Shown: positions 47,306-60,970, numbered from the whole stretch's first letter. The stretch: DNA of 63,865 nt, filler included, from Saprolegnia diclina VS20 (GCF_000281045.1; 7 parts of 3 records of this genome joined end to end with filler, not necessarily neighbours in it); one strand, 5' to 3'. Translations and numbers: made by a program. The notes: generated from the letters alone by a model not told the origin.

Positions 47306-50300
47306 ATGAACATCGGTCACGTGCTCGTGGCCGTCGCGTTAAGACTGGCGCAAAGTGCTGCCGAGTGCCAGAACGCGTGCTCTGGCCATGGTTTCTGCAA
47401 CATGTTCGATGTGTGCGCGTGCCAACAAGGCTTTAAGGGCGGTGACTGCTCGCAGAGTACCACCACTCACCGCCCCTTCGTCTCCCCAAGTTGATATACT
47501 TGTATAGTGTTGTGCCCCCAAGGCAAAGCTTGGGGTGTCGTCACGGGCACTGACGTAGCGCACGGCGTATGGCGCTACCATTTCTCTGCTGGCAACGACG
47601 CGTCGTTCTGACTAGGTCGCCGAGTGCTCGGGGCGAGGGATCTGCGACCGCTCGACGGGCACTTGCTCGTGCCAGCTTGGTTTTGAAGGCAACGCGTGTC
47701 AATTGTGTAGGCTTATTGTATACAACGGCGTCGATGAGTGCTGATGGGTGCGTAGTGGCGTGCGTCGACGACTGCAGCAACCGGGGCCAGTGCCTCACGA
47801 TGCAGCAGCTCGCTGCAACACCGCTCGTGGCACTCGACTTGTACAATCAAGCACCGTACCAATACTCACCGTACGTGATGTGGGACGCCGACATCGTCCG
47901 CGGCTGCCTCTGCGATGTTGGCAGCACCGGCGCCGACTGTAGCCTGAGTACGCTTCGACGCTTTGATGGCACACACAACACGTTGCACTGTGTAGAACAA
48001 TGTCATTTGGGTGACGACCCCATGACGCCTGGCCAGACCGAGGACGTACAGCTCATTACCTGTGCAGCATCGTACCTGCAGCATCAAGTGACGCTCCGCT
48101 ACGACGCGGTCATCTCTCGTGGTACTGAAGTTCAATCTCAAAACTCGAACGATATCTCTATTTGATGCATGGTAGGCACATTTGTCCTCAACTTTGGTCG
48201 TGAGCGCACAGACCCTGTCAACTACAATGCCGCTGCGACGAATGCACTGGGCACTTCGATGACCGAGATGCTCGAGGCGCTCACAACGATCGCAGCGGTA
48301 CGCTTGGTCATCATATTTTGAGCTTCATTGGATACAACGCAGGTGACTGTCACGGTGTCTTCGACGCCAACCTCCACGGCATGGAACGTTGTGTTTCCAC
48401 TGGGCTCTGCCGACCAACACATCTTTCGTCCGACGTGGCGGTACCTACTTGTCCTTTCGAACCTCAAACTCAAAAACGGTAGCGTTGTGGAAGTGCAACA
48501 GTTCTTTTGCGCCGCCGACAGCGGCTACGCGACACTCACGTATGACACGCATGTATTCCCGAGCATTCCGTTCTCGGCGTCTGCTGCGGACTTGGAAACG
48601 CTCCTCGAGTCGCATGTAAAAGTCGGCGCCGTCACTGTGACCTTCAGCCAGGGTGCGCAACTCTGCAGTCCCCTTGGCAACTACGTACAAACACCTCCAG
48701 TTGTCGGATTTGGTGACCCGTAAATCTCGCGTAGATTTCGATCGCGTTTGATCTCATGCGGGACCGCAACTACATTGGAGACCTCCCCGCGCTTACGATT
48801 GACCGCACCAACCAAAACCAGCGTACGGTTGTGAGTCTCCTTTGATTTTTGCTTGATTCTCGAAACATGTACTAGTCGACGGGCTCAAGTGGGCGGGCAA
48901 TGCACCCGTCGTTGACGCTCAAACCAACGAGCTCGTCAAGGGTATCGACACGTGCCACGTTGTGGAAGTTCAGAGCCTTACTTGCTGCGCCGTCTCGGGC
49001 TTCTTTGCCGTCTCGTTTGAAGGTGTGCACTTTTACCTCTTTTGATTTCAACGCGCATGTGGTGCATTAGGAGGCACGGTGAGCAACCTACCGTTCGATA
49101 TGTCGGTGTCCGATTTAAGAGCGGCCTTGCTCTCGGCCTTTCCTCAGCTCCTCGATATCGACGTATGTTGTCGCGCCGGCACGCTAACATAAAGACATAA
49201 ATTCGTAGGTCGACTACTCGACGGGGTCCAGCGCGTGCTCCCAAGCAGCGCCGGCCAACGTCATTTCCATCCGCTTTGCCGTCGTCACCACGAACGGGTA
49301 TGACGTGCATGCGAGCACGGTAATAGCTGATTGCAATGATGAAATAGACCACTTGGAAACGGCGCACTCAGCCTCATGACGGCCGACGTAACAAACGCGG
49401 GTGTTTCCGGTGCGTGCTGGAGCGCCATCCGAAATGTGACATCGCGTGTTATACTCTAGGGCTGGCACACTCGTCGCTGCATTTGTTGCAGCTGTCGGCC
49501 ACCGCGACACAAGTCGTGCGCGGGGCCCGTTGCGTGCCGTTGAACGTCGGCTTTGCCGCGCAGCCGACGGCTCAGATCGTCTCCAACGTGCTCCAAGGCG
49601 GAGGGAGCTTCACGATATCGTACCGAACCGCCACAACGCTGCCAATTCCAGCGACCGCAAGCGCCGCCGACGTTACCGCTGCGCTTCTGGTACAAGCTGC
49701 TACGTAGCTGCAAAGTGTAAAGGTTGCGTGTGTTTAGAAACTGCCGACATGCGACGGTGTCGATGTGACGTTTACGAGTGGCGAGGCTTGCAGCACGCCC
49801 GCTAACGTACTGCGCCTCAATTTCACTCAAAATTTTGGCGCGTACGGCACGACCACATGACGATCGCGATGGCTAAGTGCTTGTAGACTGTCGAGTTTAA
49901 GTGCAGCACCGACGGCGGGGAGCCCTGTGGTCGTTGCAACCTTCTCCAGAGGAGCAATTGAGCCAGCGAGCGGGCTGGCGTCCTTGATTGGCACTAAGGT
50001 ACTGTTGACGCTATCGACTTGGCGACGCATCAATATGTAGGAGAGCTACGAGTGCTCGGGGCGGGGCACGTGTGATAACCTAGTCACAGGCACATGCTCG
50101 TGCTTCACTGGGTACTTTCCCATGTAAATATTGTCTTATTGTCTTATTTTCGTTGCTTATGTAGGTATGAGGCAAGTGACGGCCGAGGCAACCCGGCGTC
50201 GACTACCATGCGACGTGACGATTGTGGCACGGCGTCCGGGATGATCGCCCATTGCCCAGGGGACCTTCCGTGCAGGTAGGTTGTCTTGTTCAACATACCT

Positions 50301-51649
50301 TTAGAGCGTACCTCAACTCGTAGTGGCCACGGTGTCTGCACGGGCGACCCGTCGTTTCGCTGTCAGTGCGTCAACGGGTGGCGCAATGGAGACTGCTCCG
50401 AGCGTGCGGCTAATGACAACACTCGCGTTGATGAGAATACTGTACATAGGTCAATGTCCATTTGGGCGCTCGTGGTTTTCGTATCCCAGCGCGGACAACG
50501 TCGCTCACAACGATTTGGTCGAGTGCAGCAATGCGGGTCTTTGTGACCGATCCACGGGTATTTGTACCTGCCGACCTCCGTTTACGGGTCCCGCGTGCGA
50601 GCAGAGTACGTCTAGTTTTGGATCCAGCGCCGTCAGCTATATCTACTTGCTGCTCTAGTGGCATGCAACGACATCACGGGCGTCTGCAACAACGGCGGCC
50701 AGTGCCTCACGCTAGGCGAAGCTGCTCCGTTGGCCACTGTTAATGGCGTGCGTCGATCAAGCGCCATTTCAAATGAATTGCTTGATATTTCCGAGTAGGT
50801 GCGAGCTGGATATACGTACGGCGTGGACCCGAACGACCCGCTGACATGGGACGCGCACAAGATTCAAACGTGTGTCTGTGATCCCTGGCACACGGGTTAC
50901 GACTGCTCGCTCTGTACCTATTTTAGTTGACATGCACAACAATTCACTATATTTTTGTAGTGGACTGCCCCCACGGCGACGACCCCAACACGTACTTGGA
51001 CGTGAACGAGGTGCAATACGTGTCGTGCGCTGCGACCGGCGGCTCGTTTGCTCTCACTTTTCGCGATCAAACGAGTCCTCTCATCCCGTGGAATGCCAAT
51101 GCGCAAACCGGTACGCGCACTCACCTCTATAACTGTATTTCGATGCCTCTTTGCGTCTAGTGGAGGCAGCGCTCAACACTATCACGTCGGGCGTCTCGGT
51201 CACATTGTATGGCGGCAGTACAGTCGCGTGCAGTGCCACTGGTGCGCACCGACATCCATTTTGTTTCTGCTCATGGGAGAGCGTCGTAGGTGCAGTGATT
51301 GGTATCACGTACCTCCTCGACTACGGCGGCTTGCCGTGCATCCTACCAGACAACAGTCTGCTGACACATGCGGGGAATGGGAACGGCCTGCCGGGCACAG
51401 GTACCTTGGGTCAGAAGACAGTCATTTTGATAAGAACATGTAGGAACGCTTGTCGTTGCCTGCGGAGGCGCCGTCATGGGAGGTTTGACGTCCGTTGTCG
51501 GCACCAAGGAGAACGTACTCTGCTCCAACCACGGCTTTTGCGACTACACGACCGGCGCGTGCATGTGCGATGCTTTCTTTGCGAGTTCTGACGGTCTCGG
51601 CGGCCCCGGCACGCGTGGCGACTGCAGCTATCGCAAGCCCTTTCAATGA
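47306..51649 (+). CDS. Secreted EGF-rich mastigoneme-like protein (Mas/Sig1/Ocm1-type), >20 short introns
   Basis: Signal peptide MNIGHVLVAVALRLAQSAA. Motifs: CPQGKAW...AHGVAECSGRGICDRSTGTC, WDADIVRGCLCD, CHLGDDP...EDVQLITC, CPFGRSWF...AHNDLVECSNAGLCDRSTG, CPHGDDP...NEVQYVSC, GTKENVLCSNHGFCDYTTG. Confidence 0.8.
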
Positions 51650-54600
51650 CCTATAACAAGCCGCAAACACCAATCGTCGTCTCCGTATTTCTACTGCATT
51701 GACATGGGAAGGACATCTAGAATTCAACTGCGCTGGCTTGTGCAATCAACTCAAAGGTGCTCTTCTGGACGAGCTTGGCTCGGCGCTGCATGTGGTCGGG
51801 CCTACACTGCCCTTCAGATTTTGGTTTTGCACACAAGGAACCCGACCCGAGTGGGGTCAAGCCGAGAGTGGCCGTGTTGTGTCGAAGTAAAGTCGCACGA
51901 GTCAAGGGGACTGCACTCACCTCATCGCCCGGTGCAAAACTAAGGCGTCATAATCAGACACGCAGATCTGATCACAATTCGCACATGTCAACACTGGATC
52001 GTCGCGACGACAGCGTCGACGAGGATACATCTCTGCTTGAATAAGACATCACGGACAACGCACAAGATATATCGTACGGGACAAGCATGGCGCCGTTCTT
52101 TGCGGCTTTGGGAAGGGACCAGCGTTTCCGAGGCCGCTGGCTGGACGCGCCGCAAGCCTGCTACCCCATTACACCTACTCATGACGCAAAGCCATCGTAC
52201 CCGCTTGCCTTGGCGCGTCGACGCGGGCCTACACACTCGATTTTAAGTGTCTCTCATGTCTAAACTCCAGTACATGGCGTTGATACCCGCGCAGCTGGCG
52301 TTGACGGTCGTTCCGCTACACCACCGCGTACAGTTAGTACACCAGTAGAAGTATTGGATATTATACCTGCGCATGAGATGGGCGAGCTTGGGAATCACGA
52401 GCCCGTGCAGTGCCGAGGCATTCGGTGGTGCGAGTCTACCATAGCGCCGTTACGCTGGACGAAAGGTGTTGCATCGCACTCTCTCACGTCAACCACGTTG
52501 ATTGTCTGCGAGTTGGAGCGTGCGAGCGGCGGCAGCTCACTCCGTGCCTCGTTCATGCTCGTGAAAAGCGAACTCCATACTACGTTGTTGCGTGCAAAGC
52601 CCCAAGTATAGATTAACCCTACCCTCCGCGTTAGCGACGAAGTGCGCATAACGTCCGCCAATGCCAACATCTTGATTGGCCCGGGGTGCGATTGCGTGAT
52701 AGCGCTCATCGACCAAACGACGTCAGCGTCCTTGCGCATGGAACCGTCGCGCTACGAGGTGACCNNNNNNNNNNNNNNNNNNNNNNNNNNNNNNNNNNNN
52801 NNNNNNNNTTAATTAATTAANNNNNNNNNNNNNNNNNNNNNNNNNNNNNNNNNNNNNNNNNNNNTGGATCCTTCACCATTCGCGAAGGATAGCTATCAGC
52901 GGTAAAAGATTTCAACACTTTTACGCTCATAGCGTAGCGTGTGGATCGGGTCCTACGGCAAAGACGGCACTGTGTCGACTTGGTCATAATGGCAGCGCGC
53001 CTGGACAAGGTTGTAGCACAGCTTGCCACGGGCGACACGATATCTCAACAAGTTCCTTGCGGGGTAGGCTGGTAAAACTACAGTAGCCAGTATGGCGCAA
53101 GTACAGCATGGCCGCTTTGACGGCTTGGACACATGATGTGAAAACTACGCAAGCCACGAACATTTTGAAACGACATGTAATAAATTGATATAACGGAGCT
53201 CGAAGCTGATGGAATCTGGTGCAACAGCGCTTGCGATGAGCGGCGAGAAGGCGTTTATAGTATTTGCAAGCTAGCCGAGCCATTTGTCCTTCGGTGCAGC
53301 CCGGGGCGATCACCGGTTGGATGGTGCGTTGAGCTCTTTCTTGTCGCGAGCGGCTCCGTCAGGGAGGTGGCGAGCATCAAGTTGTGGATGTGCTGGGCTT
53401 GGCTGATCCCGATCTTGACCACATCCGCGATTTTGGGCTACCGCAGTCGATGTGTTGCAGCAAGAGGGTGGATACCGAGTTTGCCAATAGGAGGGCTTAG
53501 ACGCAACTGCACCAATTTACCGGGAGAAACGGGTTGCACCAAATCGGTTGTTTGTGGACCAGTGGTAACAGCGCTGGAAACATGCGTGGCCCTCACGAAT
53601 GAGGTCAGCTTGCATTGGAACCGATCAGGCACGGCTTTTGTCTTGAGCTTGTGCCGTATCTAGGTTGGCGAAGGCGACATGGGCAAAGTTGTTTTAAGGC
53701 GCGTAAGCATTGCTTGGTGCCGACGAGTCCGGAACCGGGGACGACGTGAGCGCGGCATTGCCTCCGGCCTTCATGTATCAGAGAGGTGGTGAGCGGTCCG
53801 AGTCTCGAGCGCGGGCTTGAGGCCGAGGCACGCTTCATGTTTTGGCGCAAAGATAATGCTATGGCAGAAGTCTTGCGCGCCGTCGCCGACGACCGGTAGC
53901 TCTCCGTTAATGAACAGGAGGAGCATTTTGCTGGTGCTTGAGGCGTGTCCTGCAGTGTCGTACGACCCGCGCAACCTGGAACCGGAGGTCCAGCAGGTGG
54001 CCCTGGCGACCAAGCTCGTCGAATCGTGTCGCCAAAAAAGTAGCCAGTCTTGCAGGTGGCGCAGTGCGTAGGCACAGCGAGCGCTGGGGGACGATTGGGC
54101 ACAGGCGATTGCGTGAGGCTTTGTGTCTTGAGATGGGCAGCTCGAGGTACATCTGTTGAAGCGCCATCACAAGAGAGAGCCTTGGAGTACACTCAGGTTG
54201 ATGCAGAAGGGCGAAGAGAGGTCACCATTGGAGTGAATCTTGAATAGTTGTGCGGATCGAGCGTCCTCGGATCAAGCCGCTCTGATCCGCGTGCATCAAG
54301 AAGTGAGCGCGCGGCTGCAACCGGTTGACCAAGACTGCATGCAGTAAAGATCATGACGCCGCTATTAATGAGAGCGGTAGTCGGCAGGGCAGTCGCGTGC
54401 GCCCTTCTCGTGGGAGGGAATTGTCGTGCTTTGGACTTTGCTCGGCGTGAGTGTCGCATTACTAGTACGCCGTTGACTACCAATTCCAGCGCTCGAAATT
54501 GCAACGCGCCTGGACAAGGTGATAGCACAGCGTGCCACACACATACGATATCCCATGAATTTCCTGGTAGTTCTAGTGGATAGGTACACGTTTCTGGGAA

Positions 54601-56867
54601 CAAACTCTATGCGGGCTGCGCGCGGGGTTGCGAAGCACCTGCTCACTCAAGGCAGATTGGCCGTGGCACACATCTTGATGTCCACACTTCAGTTTGGGCT
54701 ACTATGCAGCGTCGTACAGGCTCTCAACCGGACTGATGAGAACAGCGCAAAGCACCTCGATAGCGTGTCAAACGCCTTATCATTTTAAAGATGACTGCGT
54801 CTCACAACTATTGCGTTTAAACTGGGTAAGAGCTAAAATACAAAATTGGATCTCATTGCGATTATTTTTACATTCGTGTGATATGTGCACGACAACGAGT
54901 TTTAGGGGGTTTTGTCGACGATCTGGCTTCGATTCTAAGACTGTGCGGGGTGTGTGGGGTGTAGATTTTGCATTTGAACGTGATGTGCACATCACATACC
55001 CAATGAATTGTTCCCTCGAGTATTTCTGGAGCGCATGCCGGCCGAGTTGTTATATACTTAATCCCTGCTTGCAACAACAATCCACGCAGCATATATTGAA
55101 ACAATTTTCCTATTCTCGGAACAAAATAGATTTCGGCACAGCCTTTATAGTGAAATGACTAGAGTTGTAGCCAGTCATGCTCGGTACGTAGCAGTTCACC
55201 CAGAGGAGCGAGTGTCCCACGATTCGACTACATAAGTGGTGCGCGAGAGACACCTGCCTGTGTGCTATGTCAAAGATAACAAGCTTCTTAGTATACTGCA
55301 ACACGCGCGATCAGGTTTTACAGCATGTTGGAAAACCGAACACGTGAAAAAGAGTCGTCAAAGGCCTAGCCTTGTCGTTTCGAGAACGGACGCATACAAT
55401 TGGTCAGCTCGTCGGAATTTCTACAGAAAGTGTGATGGAGACGTATTGAGGGCAGGGACGGCTGTTAACCAGTGGGTGTTGGCATCATTCGTCGTCAAGT
55501 ACTCGGATGCATTACGACTTTTCGTGCCAGCGCCCTCAGAGAACCATGTTGCTTTTTTCGACAGAAAAGTCGTTAGTCCGAAGCAATCAGGTGTCGAAGA
55601 ATCTCACGGGAGAGCTGACAGATTAGTAACGGCTTTTCAAGCTTCGCTATTGGCTTCAGCCGTTCATCAACTTAATCGTTTAATCAATAAGATTGTTAAA
55701 AAGCGACGATTCAATAGCGCTAAGAACATCTCCTACGTTCTCGCAAATCGTTGCAGATCGAAAGCTTCTATTCTACTGACCTTGTTTTTTGCATCGGCAA
55801 ATTACATTGAGAGTCGTTAAGTGAATATCATAGTGCTTGTGAATCTGCAACATTCATACGTTGCGTTACACAGTTAGTCTCACACTTCCTCATCCTTTGT
55901 TCTCGTACTTAATCGCCAATGCAAGCTCGTCCAATATGCAGGCATCGATGCAAAAATGACTTCACTAACGTCAGCTGCCGACCAGCAGGCGACATGTTTC
56001 CTCCTTAACGAAAAAAGATCCCTACAAACTGGTTCGGATATGAATCATACGTTACAGTCTAATTTGATTACTTGGCACAGGAGCTTCGCTCAGGATCTTG
56101 ACACAGGAAGCTTCGTAAGCTGCAAATTGGCATGCCTGTAAAATATGAATAAAATCTATATATCACACAAGGTTACATGCAAAATTGGTTCTCACCGAAG
56201 CCCAAATACGATAACTACATTTACAGGTCGTTAGCCGACATGTTGTATATATCACATTGCGTAAGACCTAATGATGCATGGAATACAAAGCCTGACCGAG
56301 TTTGTATCGAACGTCTTGGACTATACATGCACTTTCTATAAAGTAGACCATTGTATTTCTAGCATTATGTTTGCTATTATTAGGCAGCAGCCTTCTCGAC
56401 AAGGCTCGTTGGTTTGACATAACACACAAGACAGTAATGCTCACTGTGTCTTCCTCTAAAAATATATGCTGACTGGCATATGATCCATCCACTAATTTCT
56501 ATATGCTGAAATAGTTGCCGCAGGGACATCTGGTACGATCACGATTTATTAGTCACAAGTCTCAGCACCCAATAACAACCGACAAGCAAGCCAAATGCAT
56601 AAACGCAATACTGCGTGGAAATGTTTTAGTAAGATAAAAAGCCGAACCCATCTGGCAGTTGAATAATTATCTTGCACGTCCTGCATCAGGCTTAATCATT
56701 TTCCGCGATAAAAAAAATAGTGATCGTCAATTTACAAACTACTAGGCACGAGCCTGATTCCGACCCAGTCGAGCGCGACGAAGCCTAGATGGCGATGTTC
56801 GGCAAACAGCATAAGGTACAGTGACTATTGCGACAAGCGCAAGTAGACAGTTGTGTTACATTCACAG

Positions 56868-58619
56868 CAGAGATATGAACAGGATTTTTCGACCCACCCA
56901 ACCCAGCCCCTTGGTTGAAAAATATGCTTCGACCCACCCAGACCCAACTCATTGTCCGGGCAGGTCAATCTAACCCAACGCGACTTCTTTTTGTTTTTGA
57001 GGAAGGAGCTATAAAACAAAATGTCGTCGGCGACATTGCGCAGCTTCGTAAACGTGATGCCAGCATCTGGGAAGTTACTTTCAGGCTTGGCACGCACGGC
57101 GGAGACACCGAACGACTTTAGCGCAGGCATACTCGTTTCTTTCACCACTCTTTTACGGAGTAGGAGATGCGCTCTTCGGGGGCAACCTTCATCGCCAAAA
57201 GTAGCGCTCAATCTCGATATCCACGCAGCTGGCGCTGGAATCTTCGGGCATCTCGTCGTCACACCAGTCAACGGTGAAGAGCTTGCGCTTTGCGCCGCGG
57301 TCCGTCGTTGCCGATGAATGGTTTGTGGCGTCCTGCGTCAAGGTTGATCGGCGTCGTGCTGAAGATGCCGTACTCTTTCAGAATAGACGATGTCTCGTTC
57401 TTAATAAAGATCGCAGTGTGCGGCTCGTTGGAGAGACTCCGAACGCCAAGTACTTGATCCACGAGCTTCCAGTCGTACGTGATGTAGGAGCACGTGAGCG
57501 AAATGAACGACGTGCTGGATATCGGCTCGGTCCACATGTCGACCGTCGCGCCAACCCTTGCTGGCAACGTGGGCCTGGAGGCGCGGCTTGAGCATGGCTC
57601 GCGCTTCTTTGGCTTCGACAGCTAGGGCGCGCTGGACCGTCGTGGGTTGGGCCAGCACGTCTTTGGCGAGGAGCCGCGCTCTGCTCTTGAGGCCAATATC
57701 GAGCATCGTTTGGGCAAAGGCCATGAAGCTGCCACCCTCAGTGATCTTAAAGGGGTGAAGATCCTCGGAGAAGAGGGCCAAGGCCACGTGTGCGCGCTTT
57801 GCTGCCTTCTTCGCCTCCGCGTTCACCGTGAGGGTCATCGCGTGGTTCGAGATGCTGGTCTGCGTTGCTGGTGCCGGGCACTTGTGGCGGTTGAGCGAGC
57901 TTGTACCAAAGGCGGATTGCATGGTGAAGACATGAAAGCACTGCTTGCATGCCACAAAGTAGAATCCAGGGGCTGTGTTTTTCGCAGCCTTAACGTTGTT
58001 CTTGAGCACCCAAAGCGGTCCCAGCACGCGGACGTGACTTTCGGTGGTTTCTCCAGCTTGAACTGGGGGTTGCGCAAGGAAAGCGCGCGTCCGATGGCTC
58101 TGGCCTCTGCAGCAAGCTCGAGCTTGTTGGGCGTGTTGAGCGTGTTGGGCGTGTTGGGCACACGTTGAGAGGGAGTCGTAGGGACAGGCGCAGTGCTTGG
58201 TCCGGGAGACGAAAGCGAGTTACGGATTGAGGACATGATGATCACCGCAAGAAGACTCAAGTGTTGTCGAAAGATGACAAAACTGAGGTCATTATTCACA
58301 CATATTAGCTGTCGGCATTCACGAGGCGGGAGTCGGCGGAGATCTCGGTGGCATGACCGCATCACGCATTCAGATGCCACGAGTCGTCATAGGACGTCGT
58401 CGCCATTCGCTGACGATTACGTGATCAAAGCTGGATCGGCATGGGTCAGGGCCGCTGCCCATGCGCCACCCGGACCCAACCCATGTTTTTTTCGGGCCGA
58501 CCCAACCCAACCCGGCACACCACAATTGTTTTTCGACCCACCCAGCTCGGCCTACGAGCCCGGGTTGGGCCGAGCCGAGTCATGGGTCATGGGCCAATGG
58601 GTCATTTTGCAGATCACTG
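56868..58619 (-). mobile_element. Defective hAT DNA transposon, 1752 bp, with imperfect TIRs and 8-bp TSD
   Basis: TSD ATTCACAG at 56860-56867 and 58620-58627. Termini are CAGAGATATGAA and (reverse complement) CAGTGATCTGCA, matching at 9/12. GACCCA(A/C)CCA subterminal repeats occur at both ends, around an internal transposase relic. Confidence 0.9.
57268..58236 (-). pseudogene. Truncated, frameshifted hAT transposase with BED zinc finger
   Basis: SACWDRF...VACKQC...GTSSLNRHKC (BED finger), DLHPFKITEGGSF, ATVDMWT...FISLTCSYI..DWKL...HTA. Frame changes at ~58010 and ~57565; the C-terminal dimerisation region is absent. Confidence 0.85.
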
Positions 58620-58794
58620 ATTCACAGAGCGTGCGCGACCATCTTTTTCCAAGATGTGGACGCGGGAACTGGACAAGCTCCGTAGGACAACGGCNNNNNN
58701 NNNNNNNNNNNNNNNNNNNNNNNNNNNNNNNNNNNNNNTTAATTAATTAANNNNNNNNNNNNNNNNNNNNNNNNNNNNNNNNNNNNNNNNNNNN

Positions 58795-59068
58795 AGACCC
58801 ACGCGTTGCCTTCGCACGTCGAGTCGCACTCGCCAGCCTCGTCGGCGTTGCCAGCCTTGAACTGCTCGACCGACTCGTTGAAGATCTCGACGAGCGAGAT
58901 GAAGACCATGACGCCACCGGCAAGCGCGAGCGCGATCGAGAGGTTCTTGGCGTTGGCCATCTTGACCATGGACGCGCTAAAGATGACGAGGCCGCCGATG
59001 CAGGTGGCAAAGGCCGCGGCCCACGTGAGGGCAAAGGCGATGCCGACTTCTTTTGTGACTTCGGGCAT
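58795..59068 (-). CDS. ZIP (ZupT/GufA-type) metal transporter, 5' part
   Basis: MPEVTKEVGIAFALTWAAAFATCIGG...LALAGGVMVFISLVEIF; Inr-like TTCATTTTTTCATTCG upstream. Confidence 0.88.
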
Positions 59069-60265
59069 TCTTCTTCTTGGTGGTGGTGGTGTCGAGAACG
59101 CGGCGAATGAAAAAATGAATCGGGATCTGAGTCCGTGGAATGCGGTCGAGACCACTCGCTGCAGGCGTCATAGACAGTCCAGGATCCACGCGTCGTGGAC
59201 AAGAGCAGGACAATTGCATACGAAGCAAATCAAGTTGAGCGGTGCCGTCTATCATGGATGAGGCTGAGAGCCGTCTCTTGAAGGTAAACTGCTTCAGATT
59301 GCACCCAAGATGCATAGAGATAACGTGACATGCTCGTGTCCCAAACGTCGTTTGTTAAGGACGCGCAATGACCGCTGTATGTCAGGACCTACCACGGCCA
59401 ATGAACGAACGCGCGACGTGGGATTGGAGCAAGGCGACACGAATGAAGCGCGTACAGATCTTCTCGATGTCTCGTCACAGACAGGCCGACAAGTCGTGAT
59501 GTGGCATGGTCATTTCAAATGCGAGGTCAGATTCGTCCTATGATGCGGACTTGGAGAGTCTATTTTGCTGGATGGATCTAGTCCCAGTGGCGCAAACGAG
59601 TCGAGGATCTCTGAAGCGAGAGAGGACACGCTTTTGGTTTTAAGATGCCACCGGCGACGCATCTTTGTATCGTGCGTGTTTCTAGGTTACCAGTATTATC
59701 GTATCTTTGGTTTTGGATTGGTTTTGAGGTGGATAGGATATCATGCCGGTGAATCGGATCGGATGCGACTGCGGTAGCGTCGGTCGTCACTCGAAGAGAA
59801 GTGGAGACCTGGTATGAATAACGACGTACTGGCCAACTCCGAAATATCGACAAACCGCTGGACGACGAAGAAGAATATGCGCGTGAGCATGTCCATTCAT
59901 TATTCTTAGGACTGAAGGTCAACTTTGTAGCAAATGCGGTGCAGTAGGTAGTCAGCAGGGAGCACGGACACGAAATGGGATTGCGGTCGCGTCGACACCG
60001 TGCGCTTGATGTCAACGAGAACTTTCTCTGTCGAACGTGGATCAGCCGCGACCACGACTTGTCATCTGCGGCTCGCCTAGTTGGTTAGAAGAGATCCTGC
60101 CGCTTACGGGTTTCGTCACGGCGGTGATCTCGCCTATGCGCCCGCGTCAGTGTCAACACGGTGAAGAGGAACCCGACCTATACTGGGAAATCCTGGCTGC
60201 TGCTGGCAAAAGGAAAAAGAATATTGTGAGAACAAAAGCGGACATCGCATCAGATGAGCGTATGC

Positions 60266-60970
60266 TTAGACGCCGACGTACGCAAAGAGGATGAGACTCA
60301 ACGACATGAGTCCCATGCCACCGAGGATCGCGATCGAGACCGCGTGGCCATCCGGGCAAAACTTGACGGCCGACGGGATAAGCTCCTTGATTGAGAGCGT
60401 CACCATCATGCCCGTGACGATACCAAACATGACGCCTTCCACGGTTGGGTTGAGGCCGTCACCGAGGATGAAAAAGGCGAGGATGGCACCGAGAGGCTCC
60501 GCGAGTGACGAGCCGCAGGCCCACAAGAACGCCTTCCAGCGGCTGCCGGTGGCAAAGTAGACGGGCGTCGCGACGGCAATGCCTTCCGGGAGGTTGTGCA
60601 GCGCAATGCCAATGGCAAGCGTGGCACCGACCTTGAGGTCGCGGACCGCCGCCGTGTACGTGGCGACACCTTCCGGAAGGTTGTGTATCGCAAGCGCAAT
60701 GGCCGTGAGGACACCAGTGCGGTTCATGGCCGCCTTGTCCTTGTTGGCGAGTAAATCAAAGTCCGCTTCGTTGCGGGGCGTCACAAGAGGCATGTGGCCG
60801 TCGACGATTTGCTCGAGGCGCGAGAGATCCGCAACGTCGATCTCGTCCTTGAGATCGGGCGAGAGACGGTGCACGAGCGCATCGAGGAGGTAGATGATGC
60901 CGGCGCCAACGGCAAAGCAAATGTTGGTAAAGACCCACGCGTTGCCTTCGCACGTCGAGTCGCACTCGCC
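60266..60970 (-). CDS. ZIP (ZupT/GufA-type) metal transporter, 3' part
   Basis: TAIALAIHNLPEG, IALHNLPEGIAVATP, SLAEPLGA, GMMVTLSIKELIP. Confidence 0.92.
   Translation of the reverse strand, partial: GECDSTCEGNAWVFTNICFAVGAGIIYLLDALVHRLSPDLKDEIDVADLSRLEQIVDGHMPLVTPRNEADFDLLANKDKAAMNRTGVLTAIALAIHNLPEGVATYTAAVRDLKVGATLAIGIALHNLPEGIAVATPVYFATGSRWKAFLWACGSSLAEPLGAILAFFILGDGLNPTVEGVMFGIVTGMMVTLSIKELIPSAVKFCPDGHAVSIAILGGMGLMSLSLILFAYVGV

Noticed and set aside
52395..52764. Minus-strand ORF fragment at a contig edge
   Set aside because: It may be coding, but no family was recognised and it is truncated by the linker.
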